A program made the translations under genes and the position numbers. A DNA stretch of 64,000 nucleotides. Origin: a virus. Location: the IMG/VR virus record IMGVR_UViG_3300025381_000007. One strand, written 5' to 3'. Each line of letters starts with the position of its first letter. The stretch's first letter is position 1. The notes under the pieces were generated by a model, which saw only the letters and a program-made list of their open reading frames with translations, was not told the origin of the DNA and did not search any database. Shown here one piece after another: positions 18,942 through 28,763 of this stretch.

Positions 18942-19562
18942 TTAAACGCCAAATATTTGTAGTGCATGTTGATAATTTTTGATACGATCATCGAGACCTA
19001 ATGTACCGCCATTGATACGTTTGGTCATTGTGGTAATATCGCCATTATCAGCATATTGATTTAGGTTGTTGGCTTCCCAGAACCAGCAAGCACTTTGTAC
19101 ACAACCTTCGAATGTTTTTAAATATTCGCTAGCATCGTCGATGCTGATTTGTAAACTGTCAGCAAATGCTTGATAGTTACTGCGACCAGTTAACTGAATA
19201 AGTCCACGACCGCAGAACTTCCAACCATCACCTGATTCTTCTGGACCATTGCCCATACGACCGGCATATGCTCTGTTGGCAATCTTTTCTTGATTGTGAG
19301 CATATTGAGCGGCATTGCCAGCATTAAAATAACGAGGCCAAACACGTACTAGACTTTCTGCTTTATAGTTTAAATTTTCTTTAATAAAGTTAAAATTCCC
19401 ACTTTCGTGAGCACATTGTGCTAGGAAAGCTGCTACTCGTTTTGGAGTATTGATTTCATAATCGGGTAATGCTTGTGATAAAGCATCAAACCAATGATCT
19501 AAATAGGGATTTTTTCCTATAATCTGTGATAGTTGTTCTTTTGTTAGTGCGAAATCTGCCAT
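18942..19562 (-). CDS. Glycoside hydrolase family 19 endolysin
   Basis: FLAQCAHES, ENLNY, GRGLIQLTGRSNY, TKRINGG. Confidence 0.92.
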   Translation of the reverse strand: MADFALTKEQLSQIIGKNPYLDHWFDALSQALPDYEINTPKRVAAFLAQCAHESGNFNFIKENLNYKAESLVRVWPRYFNAGNAAQYAHNQEKIANRAYAGRMGNGPEESGDGWKFCGRGLIQLTGRSNYQAFADSLQISIDDASEYLKTFEGCVQSACWFWEANNLNQYADNGDITTMTKRINGGTLGLDDRIKNYQHALQIFGV

Positions 19563-19566
19563 AATA

Positions 19567-19827
19567 TTATCCTGCTAAACTTGCTAATGTAATCAATCCA
19601 TTTATAGCAGTATTTAACATTTCTAGGTTAGCTAAATCATTCATGGATTGTTGAATTCTTGCTGTATTGTTTAAATCTGCTATGGCCTGCATGTATTCTT
19701 CTTTGGTTAGTTGCCCTGCCTTAAACATTTCTGTATATTGATTAGCGGTATTAGCCGCTTGTTGGATCACTGGATCAGGACTTGTAAAGGCTTGTCCTAG
19801 TTGGCCTTGGAATGTTTCTACGCTCAT
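19567..19827 (-). CDS. Hypothetical helical protein
   Basis: Coupled ORF in lysis block. Confidence 0.6.
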   Translation of the reverse strand: MSVETFQGQLGQAFTSPDPVIQQAANTANQYTEMFKAGQLTKEEYMQAIADLNNTARIQQSMNDLANLEMLNTAINGLITLASLAG

Positions 19828-20225
19828 CTTGGTCTCCTTGCAATGGTTTCTTGCATTTTGTCAGCGTTGGTTTCTACGCTAGTAAACTTAATCTTACAAA
19901 ACCCCGGACTTACCTTATCAAACTTAGCATATTGATCTGCTAGACCCTGTGCTATAGTATGTAGATCTCGACTGGCACTAATAACATTGTCATTACGTGG
20001 TACATGTTCGCTGTATAGCACAAATAGTTGTGTATCGTTTGCTACTTTAACGGCATTGACCTTGCTTAGAACAGGATCATCGCATTGTGCTTTGGCCAAC
20101 TGTGCTTCTGCTCTAATGTCAGTTATTAACTTATATTCGTTAGGATCGTAGTGTGTCATCAGATACGCATCTAATAATGTACATCCTGATAATAATAGCA
20201 ATGGTAACAATAAAAGTTTTTTCAT
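19824..20225 (-). CDS. Lipoprotein
   Basis: Lipobox LSGC after MKKLLLL. Confidence 0.75.
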   Translation of the reverse strand: MKKLLLLPLLLLSGCTLLDAYLMTHYDPNEYKLITDIRAEAQLAKAQCDDPVLSKVNAVKVANDTQLFVLYSEHVPRNDNVISASRDLHTIAQGLADQYAKFDKVSPGFCKIKFTSVETNADKMQETIARRPR

Positions 20226-20497
20226 TTTATACTATCAAATATTTTCTTTTGGCTGTTATACCATTCAATCCAGTTATCTACTTTGACTTTACATTCATAG
20301 TATTGTGAGTAGTTAGCAGTAACGCCTGCTATTACTTGACTTAACTGTGTAGTTTTTTCAACATCTAATTTTGCTAGATCTGGACAAGTTGTGATCAAAT
20401 CTTGTGGAACATCTGGAAATTTAGCAACTATAGGTACACCTTGACTAGCACAACCAGCAAGTGAACAAATTGCACATATTAAAAGGAGTCGTTTCAT
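20222..20497 (-). CDS. o-spanin-like lipoprotein
   Basis: Lipobox LAGC; Pro-rich segment; NY..Y.EC motif; follows i-spanin candidate. Confidence 0.7.
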   Translation of the reverse strand: MKRLLLICAICSLAGCASQGVPIVAKFPDVPQDLITTCPDLAKLDVEKTTQLSQVIAGVTANYSQYYECKVKVDNWIEWYNSQKKIFDSIK

Positions 20498-20955
20498 TTT
20501 GTACCCCCTGTTTGATTAAACGGATTTGTAGCCGCATTGTTTAAGATTTTAACTACAACAGGATCCAATTTACATTCTGCATTGATTATTTTTTCATTAA
20601 CCTGTATTTCTTTTTGTATTTGAACTTGAACATCATGAACAATTTGTTTTTGTTTAACAATCTTAGTTTCGATCACGGTGTTAACTTCTTTTGATTGTTC
20701 TGCTGCTAGTCTAACTTTTTCTTCGGCTTCTTTAACTTTGGCACGCCATGACATTTCGTTAGCATAACTACCTTCGCCGTAAACACCTGCAACAATTAAT
20801 AAAGTTGCTAATATACGAATTGGTTCTTTATATACATTAAACGCTGGAAAAAAGCCGAGTAATAGCCCTATTACATATAAGACTAGCCCTACTCCTAAAA
20901 CACTCAAAATCGCAAACTGTAATACACTATCTGGAATAAAAGATAGCATCCACAT
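20494..20955 (-). CDS. i-spanin-like membrane protein
   Basis: N-terminal TM helices, coiled coil, C-terminal Cys. Confidence 0.65.
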   Translation of the reverse strand: MWMLSFIPDSVLQFAILSVLGVGLVLYVIGLLLGFFPAFNVYKEPIRILATLLIVAGVYGEGSYANEMSWRAKVKEAEEKVRLAAEQSKEVNTVIETKIVKQKQIVHDVQVQIQKEIQVNEKIINAECKLDPVVVKILNNAATNPFNQTGGTK

Positions 20956-20956
20956 C

Positions 20957-21724
20957 TTACCACCTATTTTTTTGGAGTACAACCGCACGGGTACCGTTTC
21001 TAATCAGAAACTTGTCTCCAACCTTGTTTATATCGTAGTTACCTAAATATTTGTTTAAGAATGTTACCTGACTATTGCTACTTTCGTCTAATGACAATGC
21101 ACCGGGCAACGTTTCTTTAACATCTTCATAATCACCGATAGCAATAAATGTAGCATCTATATTGCCACTATATGGTTTGCTAAATGTAATAGTATTATCT
21201 GATTCTAAAGTAACTTCTACAGTGCCTTGATCAAAAAACTCTTGTACATCTGTAGTTTTAATTTCTGTAATCTTGTTATCATAATCTGCAGGAGTCATTG
21301 GAATATGTTCCATAACAGATTGTTCATTGAACTCTACACTACTTGGTGCTTTTTGATATCTAAATCTCCAGGTCTTATTGCCTGTTAGTTTGCTTACACC
21401 GTCTAATAAATGTTTTAGATTTTCTGGAAGTTGAGGATTGCGCTCTAACTCAACAAAAACTTGATATTGACCGTCATGTTCTTCACCTGTGCTCATGTCG
21501 GCATCTAAGATATAGGTGTAACCACGTTCGATAAACTCAACTAGATCTGTTGCAGGATGTTTTTCTTTAACACGAAATCCTAATACAACAATATCAGCAT
21601 CGTTGCCCATTTTACTTTTATATTGGTCAACGGTAAAAACTTCACTAACTAGATCTTTAAGATCGTTAGAGCGAAGACTTTCGTTTAGATTACGCGGTTG
21701 GTGCTGTTTCATCTGCTGTGTCAT
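20957..21724 (-). CDS. Hypothetical phage protein
   Basis: 255-aa ORF with LNE motif near the N-terminus. Confidence 0.7.
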   Translation of the reverse strand: MTQQMKQHQPRNLNESLRSNDLKDLVSEVFTVDQYKSKMGNDADIVVLGFRVKEKHPATDLVEFIERGYTYILDADMSTGEEHDGQYQVFVELERNPQLPENLKHLLDGVSKLTGNKTWRFRYQKAPSSVEFNEQSVMEHIPMTPADYDNKITEIKTTDVQEFFDQGTVEVTLESDNTITFSKPYSGNIDATFIAIGDYEDVKETLPGALSLDESSNSQVTFLNKYLGNYDINKVGDKFLIRNGTRAVVLQKNRW

Positions 21725-22229
21725 TGCCTGGTTCCTCTAAACCTAACTCGCCTGTACTGGCAGTACCGTCATTTTTATATTTCATTAATTCAGCCATTTG
21801 AACATGATCTTTATTTTGTTGCCCAACATAAACATCTTGCATTAATTTCTTAGGCATAGTGATTTCTACAACCCAAACTGGGTGTGCATCAATCTTACCT
21901 TTCTTTGTGCCTGGTCTAAAATCGTCTGGATGTTTAATCTTACGTGGAACCATAACATGTTCACGTTTGTAAACAACTTGGCAACCATAATCGTATAATC
22001 GTTTAGCACCTTCAGGATCTGGCATTTCTTTTTCGTGCCACATAAATGCACATTTGACAGCATATCGTCCGACATCTGGTCCTTCGACTAACTCGCCTTC
22101 TTCCCAGTTCTTGAAAACATAGATATCCAACTCGTCAAGAACACGCTCAAAGTCTTTAATAACTTTAAAAGCATTATCGTTCTCTGCTAGTTTTTGGACG
22201 TTTTTGATTACTTCTACAATATCGTGCAT
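21690..22229 (-). CDS. Hypothetical phage protein
   Basis: Start MHDIVE; ATAAATA upstream. Confidence 0.7.
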   Translation of the reverse strand: MHDIVEVIKNVQKLAENDNAFKVIKDFERVLDELDIYVFKNWEEGELVEGPDVGRYAVKCAFMWHEKEMPDPEGAKRLYDYGCQVVYKREHVMVPRKIKHPDDFRPGTKKGKIDAHPVWVVEITMPKKLMQDVYVGQQNKDHVQMAELMKYKNDGTASTGELGLEEPGNDTADETAPTA

Positions 22230-22363
22230 GGTGGTTCTCTTTGCTTTAGTATTTATGTTTAGCAAGATTTAAACAAGATTAAACTTTTACCCATTTTGAG
22301 CTGATTTTTTCGATATAATGTAAATATCTATGCAGGTCGATCTTCAATTTACGGAGGCATAAT

Positions 22364-23122
22364 TTGTCCAGAGCAAGAAGACGTAACGAGAAAGAGCAGG
22401 TTCAGCGTGATCCACGCTTCCAACCTGACACAAATAACTTGATTCAAATCAAGCCTTATTTGAAAAGAAATAAGCAGGTAACGATTGTTCCACGCAACCT
22501 AGCACAAGAACAATATCTAGAACTGCTGAAAAATCCCAAGAAATTCATTGTATTTGCCATCGGGCCAGCAGGCACGGGTAAAACAATGTTGGGTGTACAG
22601 ATGGCTATTAAACAGTTAAAGGAGGGGATGATTAGTAAAATCATTATAACCAGGCCAGCTGTAAGTGTAGATGAGGAGCATGGTTTCCTACCGGGAACCT
22701 TAAATCAAAAGATGGAGCCTTGGACTCGTCCCATTATGGATGTGTTTGAGGATTATTACCATCCAAAAGAAATAGCAGAAATGCTAGAAGATGGCGTTAT
22801 TGAAATAAGTCCCTTAGCCTACATGCGAGGTAGAACTTTTAAAAATGCGCTTGTTATCGCAGACGAAATGCAAAACGCCACACCTAGTCAAATGAAAATG
22901 TTACTTACACGCATCGGCGACAATAGCCGTATGGTAGTAACTGGAGACTTAAACCAGGCTGACCGCCCAAGAGAAAACGGATTGCTAGAATTTTGTAATT
23001 TATACGGCCAAGGAGGTGAGTATCGTATGATTGCTATGGCAAGGTTTGAACAACAACACGTTGAGCGTCACCCTGTAGTCAGAGAAATTTTAAAACTATA
23101 TAAGGATACAGATATCGACTAA
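22364..23122 (+). CDS. phoH: PhoH-family ATPase
   Basis: GPAGTGKT, RPAV, GFLPG, YMRGRT, DEMQN, GDLNQAD. Confidence 0.95.
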   Translation: MSRARRRNEKEQVQRDPRFQPDTNNLIQIKPYLKRNKQVTIVPRNLAQEQYLELLKNPKKFIVFAIGPAGTGKTMLGVQMAIKQLKEGMISKIIITRPAVSVDEEHGFLPGTLNQKMEPWTRPIMDVFEDYYHPKEIAEMLEDGVIEISPLAYMRGRTFKNALVIADEMQNATPSQMKMLLTRIGDNSRMVVTGDLNQADRPRENGLLEFCNLYGQGGEYRMIAMARFEQQHVERHPVVREILKLYKDTDID

Positions 23123-23148
23123 CACACTCTCTTAACCCCACAAGAGCG

Positions 23149-23182
23149 CCGCACAGTTTTCGACCTGCAATCGACTGTGCGG
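23149..23182 (+). other. Stem-loop after phoH
   Basis: CCGCACAGT...ACTGTGCGG 9-bp arms. Confidence 0.6.
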
Positions 23183-23194
23183 TTAAATATTTGT

Positions 23195-24010
23195 ATGTTT
23201 AAAGACCCTGAAAATTTTTATATAATAGACTACACCGAAGGATCCTGTGGACATTTTATGTCTACCTTATTGATAAATCTTTTAGCAAATGAAAAAGATG
23301 CAATACCTTGGAATCATTACAGGGGGGCAGTAGCTTCGGGACACTGGACAGGATATGCCAAAGAACATTTGTCTTTGCCACCTGAAAAGGCTAGAGTGTG
23401 GGATGTTAAACTAAAACAGGAAAGTCCATTTGATTCTGTAGTAGTATGGGGTGTTCCCGAAACAGAACAATATTACAGCATACATTATATGGATCCAAAT
23501 GAATATTTTACTACTTTTAAAATTCCTAAGAACTTTAAATATCTTGCCATAACATATGAAAAATCTGATTTGCTATTAATCAAAACTTTATTTTATTATA
23601 AAAATCTTTGGCAGTTTAATAGATGGTATCAAGAAGATAAAGAGCGTTACTCAAAACAAGTTCGAGATTTATTTGATGATTTTGATTTTGCTAACAATGG
23701 TTACACTAAACCCTATTCAGAAATTTCTTTATTTTTAAAAGAATTTGTAGAAATAAGATCAAATAATTTTATGGATTTAGAAGTCAATAGCTTTTCAAAC
23801 TGCATATCCAAACTTAAGCCAGAATATAAACAATACATCCATACAATAAATTTTCATGACGTTTGGTACAATCCTGATGCAGCTCTACAACGATTAAGCG
23901 AAATAACAGGAAGACCTGTTACTCCGTATGTTAGACATTTATATCAACTTTATATTAAAGAAAATACACAGCACTTTGACCAGTACGGTATTAAAGTCTA
24001 CCCAACTTAA
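23195..24010 (+). CDS. Hypothetical protein, sulfotransferase/P-loop-like
   Basis: IIDYTEGSCGHFM; TAAATA 5 nt before ATG; AT-rich. Confidence 0.55.
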   Translation: MFKDPENFYIIDYTEGSCGHFMSTLLINLLANEKDAIPWNHYRGAVASGHWTGYAKEHLSLPPEKARVWDVKLKQESPFDSVVVWGVPETEQYYSIHYMDPNEYFTTFKIPKNFKYLAITYEKSDLLLIKTLFYYKNLWQFNRWYQEDKERYSKQVRDLFDDFDFANNGYTKPYSEISLFLKEFVEIRSNNFMDLEVNSFSNCISKLKPEYKQYIHTINFHDVWYNPDAALQRLSEITGRPVTPYVRHLYQLYIKENTQHFDQYGIKVYPT

Positions 24011-24914
24011 TCAAGACTGCTGCTAACCCAATCTCTGGATCAATCAATGCAGTATGGTCCACCAGACCTTGTTTAATAATCAATACTGCTGAATCTTTTT
24101 GTTCTTCAGTCTGACCTAACAAATCTAGATTATTATACAACCAAGTATAAATTTCTGGAATCTCTTCGGGTCGTGCTCGGCCGCACAGCAACTTGCGAGC
24201 ATCTTGTATTCGGCCAGCTTTAAATAACTCAACCATTTCAATCTTATAATCACTGCTATCACTATCACCCGATGTGGGACTAGTTAATCCTCCGGCTTCG
24301 GTAATATTTTGCTGAACAAGATTGATACACTTTCGCAAATCTGGATAACTTAGTTTGACATAGGTATCTAATGTATCTAAATCAAACTCAATGTTTTCAT
24401 TCATTAGGATTGTGGCAACACGAGCTGTAAATTCTGTTTGATCAGTTTTATCTACATGAAACCCCTGGCAACGACTGTGTAGTGCTGGAATAATCTTATT
24501 AGGATAGTTACAGGTTAAAATAAATCTAGCTGTGTTGGAATAAGTCTCCATCAATCCACGCAGGATAGCCTGTGAGTTTAAAGACAAATAATCTGCTTCA
24601 TCTAACAGCACAACCTTAAATGGTCCAAACGGGATCATTTGAACAAAGTTCGTGATTTTATTACGAACAGTATCTACATCATTTTCACGTGACGCATTGA
24701 TTTCCAATACATCAAAATCTTCGATACCTAATTCGTTCATTAGAACTTTAGCTAAAGTAGTCTTGCCAATACCTGCTGAACCGCTTAACAACAGATGAGG
24801 AATGCTGCCTTCTTTGATCCAAGACTGTACTTGGCGTTGTTGCGCCACATCTTTAAAAACATATTCTTTAATAGTTTTAGGGCGATATTTTTCTACCCAA
24901 AGCTCTTTAGCCAT
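23991..24914 (-). CDS. Clamp loader AAA+ subunit (RFC small/gp44-like)
   Basis: WVEKYRP, GSAGIGKT, LLDEAD and SRC motifs. Confidence 0.93.
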   Translation of the reverse strand: MAKELWVEKYRPKTIKEYVFKDVAQQRQVQSWIKEGSIPHLLLSGSAGIGKTTLAKVLMNELGIEDFDVLEINASRENDVDTVRNKITNFVQMIPFGPFKVVLLDEADYLSLNSQAILRGLMETYSNTARFILTCNYPNKIIPALHSRCQGFHVDKTDQTEFTARVATILMNENIEFDLDTLDTYVKLSYPDLRKCINLVQQNITEAGGLTSPTSGDSDSSDYKIEMVELFKAGRIQDARKLLCGRARPEEIPEIYTWLYNNLDLLGQTEEQKDSAVLIIKQGLVDHTALIDPEIGLAAVLIKLGRL

Positions 24915-25213
24915 TATTCTTCATCCTCTAGATATTCACATGCACCAGTTCCACGATTAATGTCTTTGGCAATTTCGTAGCCCCAGTCGTAGTTGTTGTC
25001 GTAGGCTTCTTTCCACTCAGGAGTATCTTCGTCGGCGTCGATATAACCTTCTAGTGCATAGGCCCACCATTGTGCAAATTCATCTTCTTCGATGGAGTTG
25101 ATATCAACTACTCCGGGCTTTTCAAGAATTTCACGAACGATGTCGATACTGACACCTTCGCCAACATATTCTTCTAATGCTTCGTCAGTTAATTCTAACA
25201 GAACATTAGCCAT
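24914..25213 (-). CDS. Acidic hypothetical protein
   Basis: Coupled ORF, D/E-rich. Confidence 0.65.
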   Translation of the reverse strand: MANVLLELTDEALEEYVGEGVSIDIVREILEKPGVVDINSIEEDEFAQWWAYALEGYIDADEDTPEWKEAYDNNYDWGYEIAKDINRGTGACEYLEDEE

Positions 25214-25719
25214 TATTCATCTTCCTCAGCTTCGGAAAAAGTAATAACATTACCTTCTGGATCTGCACAGATAATACGAACAGTTTCGCCATCTTCATTT
25301 TTAATTTCAATAGGCCCCCAAATCCACCAGTGAGTATCGCCTTGCCGCCAGCCTTGTTCTTCTAGATTGTAGGCTGTATGATCTTCGAGGAACTCACGGA
25401 GTTCATCTTCCTCGTCATCAGTAAGCCCTTCGATTTCAACATCATACCAGCAACCACCGTCAAACATTTCATTAAGTTCGACACTTTCAATATTGTTGAC
25501 TTCACAGTCTAACATATCAATACTATCTTTCTTACCATCGCCTCCGGGTACAAATGTAAATTCAAATTCTGGAGGATTGTCGTCTGAAGTTTCTACAGTC
25601 CACTCGCCATAACGGAAACCGTTAGTGACAGTGACTTGACCTTCGCCTTCTTGTTGGTGATATGACTCGACTTCTTGACAAGACTTTTTATAATATGTAC
25701 TAACGGCCCAGGTTGCCAT
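25213..25719 (-). CDS. Acidic hypothetical protein
   Basis: SD present; D/E-rich. Confidence 0.7.
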   Translation of the reverse strand: MATWAVSTYYKKSCQEVESYHQQEGEGQVTVTNGFRYGEWTVETSDDNPPEFEFTFVPGGDGKKDSIDMLDCEVNNIESVELNEMFDGGCWYDVEIEGLTDDEEDELREFLEDHTAYNLEEQGWRQGDTHWWIWGPIEIKNEDGETVRIICADPEGNVITFSEAEEDE

Positions 25720-25729
25720 GATATTTTCC

Positions 25730-25921
25730 TTATTCCAGATCCATTGAATTCCACTCTTTAATCACAGCAACGAGTTCTTCCTCTGTGTTACAAAGAGTTT
25801 TAACAGATGCCCAGTCGTCTTTCTTATTGCGACCACTAACTTCTACCATCCAACCGTTGTCGTAACGATTAAGGGTGATGTTTTCATTTACTTTTGCTAA
25901 TTTACCTAGTTTATTCGCCAT
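25730..25921 (-). CDS. Small protein, paralogue of the adjacent ORF
   Basis: KVNE...DNGWMVEVSG...DDW..VK. Confidence 0.7.
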   Translation of the reverse strand: MANKLGKLAKVNENITLNRYDNGWMVEVSGRNKKDDWASVKTLCNTEEELVAVIKEWNSMDLE

Positions 25922-26133
25922 TATTTTGCCCTATCCATTAATGAAATATCTTTAATACATTCAACCAGTTCATCAAATGAGTGATACATAAGTTTAACTG
26001 ATTTCCAGTCATCGGTTTCGGCTTTGCCGCCAATTTCGATACCGTAACCGTTATCGAAAAAGTAAACAGTAAAAACATCATTTACTTTTTTTATTTTGTC
26101 ACTAACTTTAGTGATACTTGCTTTTTTTGCCAT
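25921..26133 (-). CDS. Small protein, paralogue of the adjacent ORF
   Basis: KVND...DNGYGIEIGG...DDWKSVK. Confidence 0.7.
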   Translation of the reverse strand: MAKKASITKVSDKIKKVNDVFTVYFFDNGYGIEIGGKAETDDWKSVKLMYHSFDELVECIKDISLMDRAK

Positions 26134-26134
26134 A

Positions 26135-26389
26135 TTATACTAACTCCTCTAAAATACCTAAAAATTCTGCAAAGATTAACAATGCGCCAGCAATGATTAA
26201 CTCGCCTCGAACTAATGCAATACCTGCGCCAATTCTAACTCCACTCTTTACAAGGCTAACATAGAAATGCCTCTTGCTAGGATCCATGGGTTGGATTTTA
26301 AATAGTGGCGGATGCATAGGGCACCGACCTTGTTTATAGTCACACAAAGGTGAATATTCTTTATTACAAATGTTACAATGTGTTGTCAT
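26135..26389 (-). CDS. Small membrane protein with Cys-rich N-terminus
   Basis: CxxC...C...C followed by hydrophobic segments. Confidence 0.65.
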   Translation of the reverse strand: MTTHCNICNKEYSPLCDYKQGRCPMHPPLFKIQPMDPSKRHFYVSLVKSGVRIGAGIALVRGELIIAGALLIFAEFLGILEELV

Positions 26390-26395
26390 AGTTAA

Positions 26396-26424
26396 ATTAT
26401 ACTATAGTTTAAATTTTTAATCAA
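26396..26424 (-). promoter_or_regulatory. Sigma70-like promoter, leaderless geometry
   Basis: TTGATT-17nt-TATAAT, then 6 nt to ATG. Confidence 0.6.
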
Positions 26425-26999
26425 GCAGTAAAGGTTAAATCTAATATCTGATGCGGCTGTTGTATTGCCCAATTACACAAATCAAAAACATAGTTTGTAT
26501 TCATTTTTTCAAAATGTAAATGTTTAGTCATATCAGTATCCACTAAACCAGGTTTTAAATGAATGATTTCTGGAGATTTCCAACTTAATGTTCTTAACTC
26601 GTTGACTGTGTGCTCTAAAGAAATCTTATGTGTTTCATACATAAGTAATCCATATTTTGCTTCTTCTGTGTTAGGATGTAAAGACCTGTATACCTCAGAA
26701 AGAGAACTACCAATCACTACGATTTTTTTAGATTGTCCTTGCCATAGTCGGTGTAGTTTAAGTAATAAATCAGTTTGAATAAATCCCTCCATTACGGAAG
26801 TAAAATTTCCTGAATAGGCATTGTTAATAAAAACATCGCAATCGGCTGATTTTTTAATTATCTTATCTACATTTTTTGGATTAACAATGTCGTATCCATT
26901 AGAACGACTGAACCCTATAACTTTGTGGCCTTGTTTTTTAAAACCTTCAGCCAAAGCAAGACCGATACCTTTTGTATGACCGGTTATTGCTATTTTCAT
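26421..26999 (-). CDS. Short-chain dehydrogenase/reductase
   Basis: ITGHTKGIG, INNA, YETHK (YxxxK), PGLVDT. Confidence 0.85.
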   Translation of the reverse strand: MKIAITGHTKGIGLALAEGFKKQGHKVIGFSRSNGYDIVNPKNVDKIIKKSADCDVFINNAYSGNFTSVMEGFIQTDLLLKLHRLWQGQSKKIVVIGSSLSEVYRSLHPNTEEAKYGLLMYETHKISLEHTVNELRTLSWKSPEIIHLKPGLVDTDMTKHLHFEKMNTNYVFDLCNWAIQQPHQILDLTFTA

Positions 27000-27000
27000 A

Positions 27001-27393
27001 TTAACCGCGTAAGCTCTCCATAGTAATAATCTTTGACAAACTTTCACCTAAATCCTGATCATGACCGACAATGTGTAGTTGATTCATATTGCGATCCTTA
27101 GCTTCATCGTAGCGCATAGTTTCAACAATAGTTCCACCATTGGCACGAAATACATTCATACGCAGCGGATTACCTTCTAGTCTTGGACTATGATCGAGGG
27201 ATACAACGGTATTACTTGCTAGACTATTTTCTTCTTCATAGGCTCGTTTGCCAATATTAACTAGCCATCGTTTAAAAAAGTTCATTTTCTTTTCCTTTGG
27301 TTCTTCTTCCCACCTTGCCATTGATCTTATTTGTTGTTTCCTATTACCACTACTGAGTTTTGCTGTTGTTGCGTACATACTACCTTGACTCAT
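27001..27393 (-). CDS. Hypothetical protein
   Basis: Coupled ORF. Confidence 0.65.
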   Translation of the reverse strand: MSQGSMYATTAKLSSGNRKQQIRSMARWEEEPKEKKMNFFKRWLVNIGKRAYEEENSLASNTVVSLDHSPRLEGNPLRMNVFRANGGTIVETMRYDEAKDRNMNQLHIVGHDQDLGESLSKIITMESLRG

Positions 27394-27854
27394 TTTTTTG
27401 TCCTTTCTGCTTCTGCTACACGCTTGCGTAGACTTGAACTACTAAATGAATGATCTCGTCCGTTATAGACAATTTCTATTCCACGGTCATAACAGATATC
27501 TCTACCTGTAAATTCTTTGTCTGCGTACTCTATACCTAATATTCTAACATCTATCGGCAATGTGAGCAAGATATCTTCGAGGTCTTTTTCAGTCTGATAT
27601 ACAACTATTTCGTCCACATAACGAACTGCGGCAAGTTGGATTTGCCGTTCCACAATACTTTGAACTGGCGGATTTTTGGTATCGGGTCTATCGATTGATG
27701 CATCTGTTTGTAGTGCAGCAATTAGGTAATCACAATGGTTTTTAACTTCGGCCAACATGGCAATATGTCCTGCATGTAGTAAATCGAACTGGCTAAACAC
27801 AATACCAATCTTTTTACCATCTGCTTTGAGTGCTTTAACTTTATTGAATATCAT
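27390..27854 (-). CDS. Cytidylyltransferase (TagD/RfaE-like)
   Basis: FDLLHAGH; C-terminal SSSSLR. Confidence 0.85.
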   Translation of the reverse strand: MIFNKVKALKADGKKIGIVFSQFDLLHAGHIAMLAEVKNHCDYLIAALQTDASIDRPDTKNPPVQSIVERQIQLAAVRYVDEIVVYQTEKDLEDILLTLPIDVRILGIEYADKEFTGRDICYDRGIEIVYNGRDHSFSSSSLRKRVAEAERTKK

Positions 27855-28090
27855 TTCTTAAGTATCTTGATTATTTTTCGTTGTTCTTGTTCTCGTAACC
27901 ATTCATCTTCTGTCGTACCGAAACTTGGACAACGACTAATAGCATCGTCTAAAATTTCTTTTAATTGATAAAGGTCTTGTTTAACACACCAACCGTTAAA
28001 TCCGTCAGTGTATGGACTTTGGCAAGTATATGCCGCTGAATTGATTTGTTGTGCTATGTTAGCAACTTCTAAAGGTTTCTTAAATCCCAT
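27851..28090 (-). CDS. Hypothetical protein
   Basis: Start MGFKKP just downstream of a promoter. Confidence 0.65.
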   Translation of the reverse strand: MGFKKPLEVANIAQQINSAAYTCQSPYTDGFNGWCVKQDLYQLKEILDDAISRCPSFGTTEDEWLREQEQRKIIKILKK

Positions 28091-28095
28091 ACTAG

Positions 28096-28124
28096 ATAAT
28101 AGCATGGGAGTTAATCTATGTCAA
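28096..28124 (-). promoter_or_regulatory. Sigma70-like promoter, leaderless geometry
   Basis: TTGACA-17nt-TATTAT, then 5 nt to ATG. Confidence 0.6.
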
Positions 28125-28127
28125 TAC

Positions 28128-28469
28128 TTAAACACCTTGACTGCGATAAATATCGCTGGGTTTTTCGTCCGCAATCATCATCATGGCAGCGACATCGGCT
28201 TTTTGAAGTTTGGTAATAGATCCATCTTCATTTTCATACTCTGCTGCACGGCTCCAGCGGCCGTGTTCCATAAGAACCCAATCGCCTACTTTAACATCAG
28301 TTTGGTCCGGACCTACTGCCCAAACTCGACCCCAACGAGGTTTGATACCTTGTACTTTACCGTCATCACTTTTTACAATAATGCCACTTTTGGTTTTTTC
28401 ATCACCAAATTCCATATCGGACAGTATTACACCGTTGCCTAATGGTCTTAATGTTCCTGTTACTTTCAT
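28128..28469 (-). CDS. groES: GroES-like co-chaperonin
   Basis: LRPL, KTKSGII, GRVWAVGP, VKVGDWVL. Confidence 0.85.
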   Translation of the reverse strand: MKVTGTLRPLGNGVILSDMEFGDEKTKSGIIVKSDDGKVQGIKPRWGRVWAVGPDQTDVKVGDWVLMEHGRWSRAAEYENEDGSITKLQKADVAAMMMIADEKPSDIYRSQGV

Positions 28470-28763
28470 TTATTCCTCTGTTGATTGTTGTTGATTTTTA
28501 GTTGATTTAGTCGTCGCAGGTGCTACAACTTGTGGCGGTACAATTTCAGGAGCTTCTGTGTTAGAAACTGTTGATTTTTTAGCAGGAGTATCATAATATG
28601 ATGCTACTACTTCTTCGCGCTTTTTAATGATTTCTCCGCCAGGCCCTATTTGATCTCCGCGGGCATTCACTCTAACATTGCCTACTGCAAGAGTTAGCTC
28701 GTTTTGTTTAGCTAACTTGTTCATGTCTACCATTTTACCTTGAGCTGATCTGTGTAATGTCAT
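28470..28763 (-). CDS. Hypothetical phage protein
   Basis: AVGNVRVNARGDQIGPGG motif; SD present. Confidence 0.7.
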   Translation of the reverse strand: MTLHRSAQGKMVDMNKLAKQNELTLAVGNVRVNARGDQIGPGGEIIKKREEVVASYYDTPAKKSTVSNTEAPEIVPPQVVAPATTKSTKNQQQSTEE

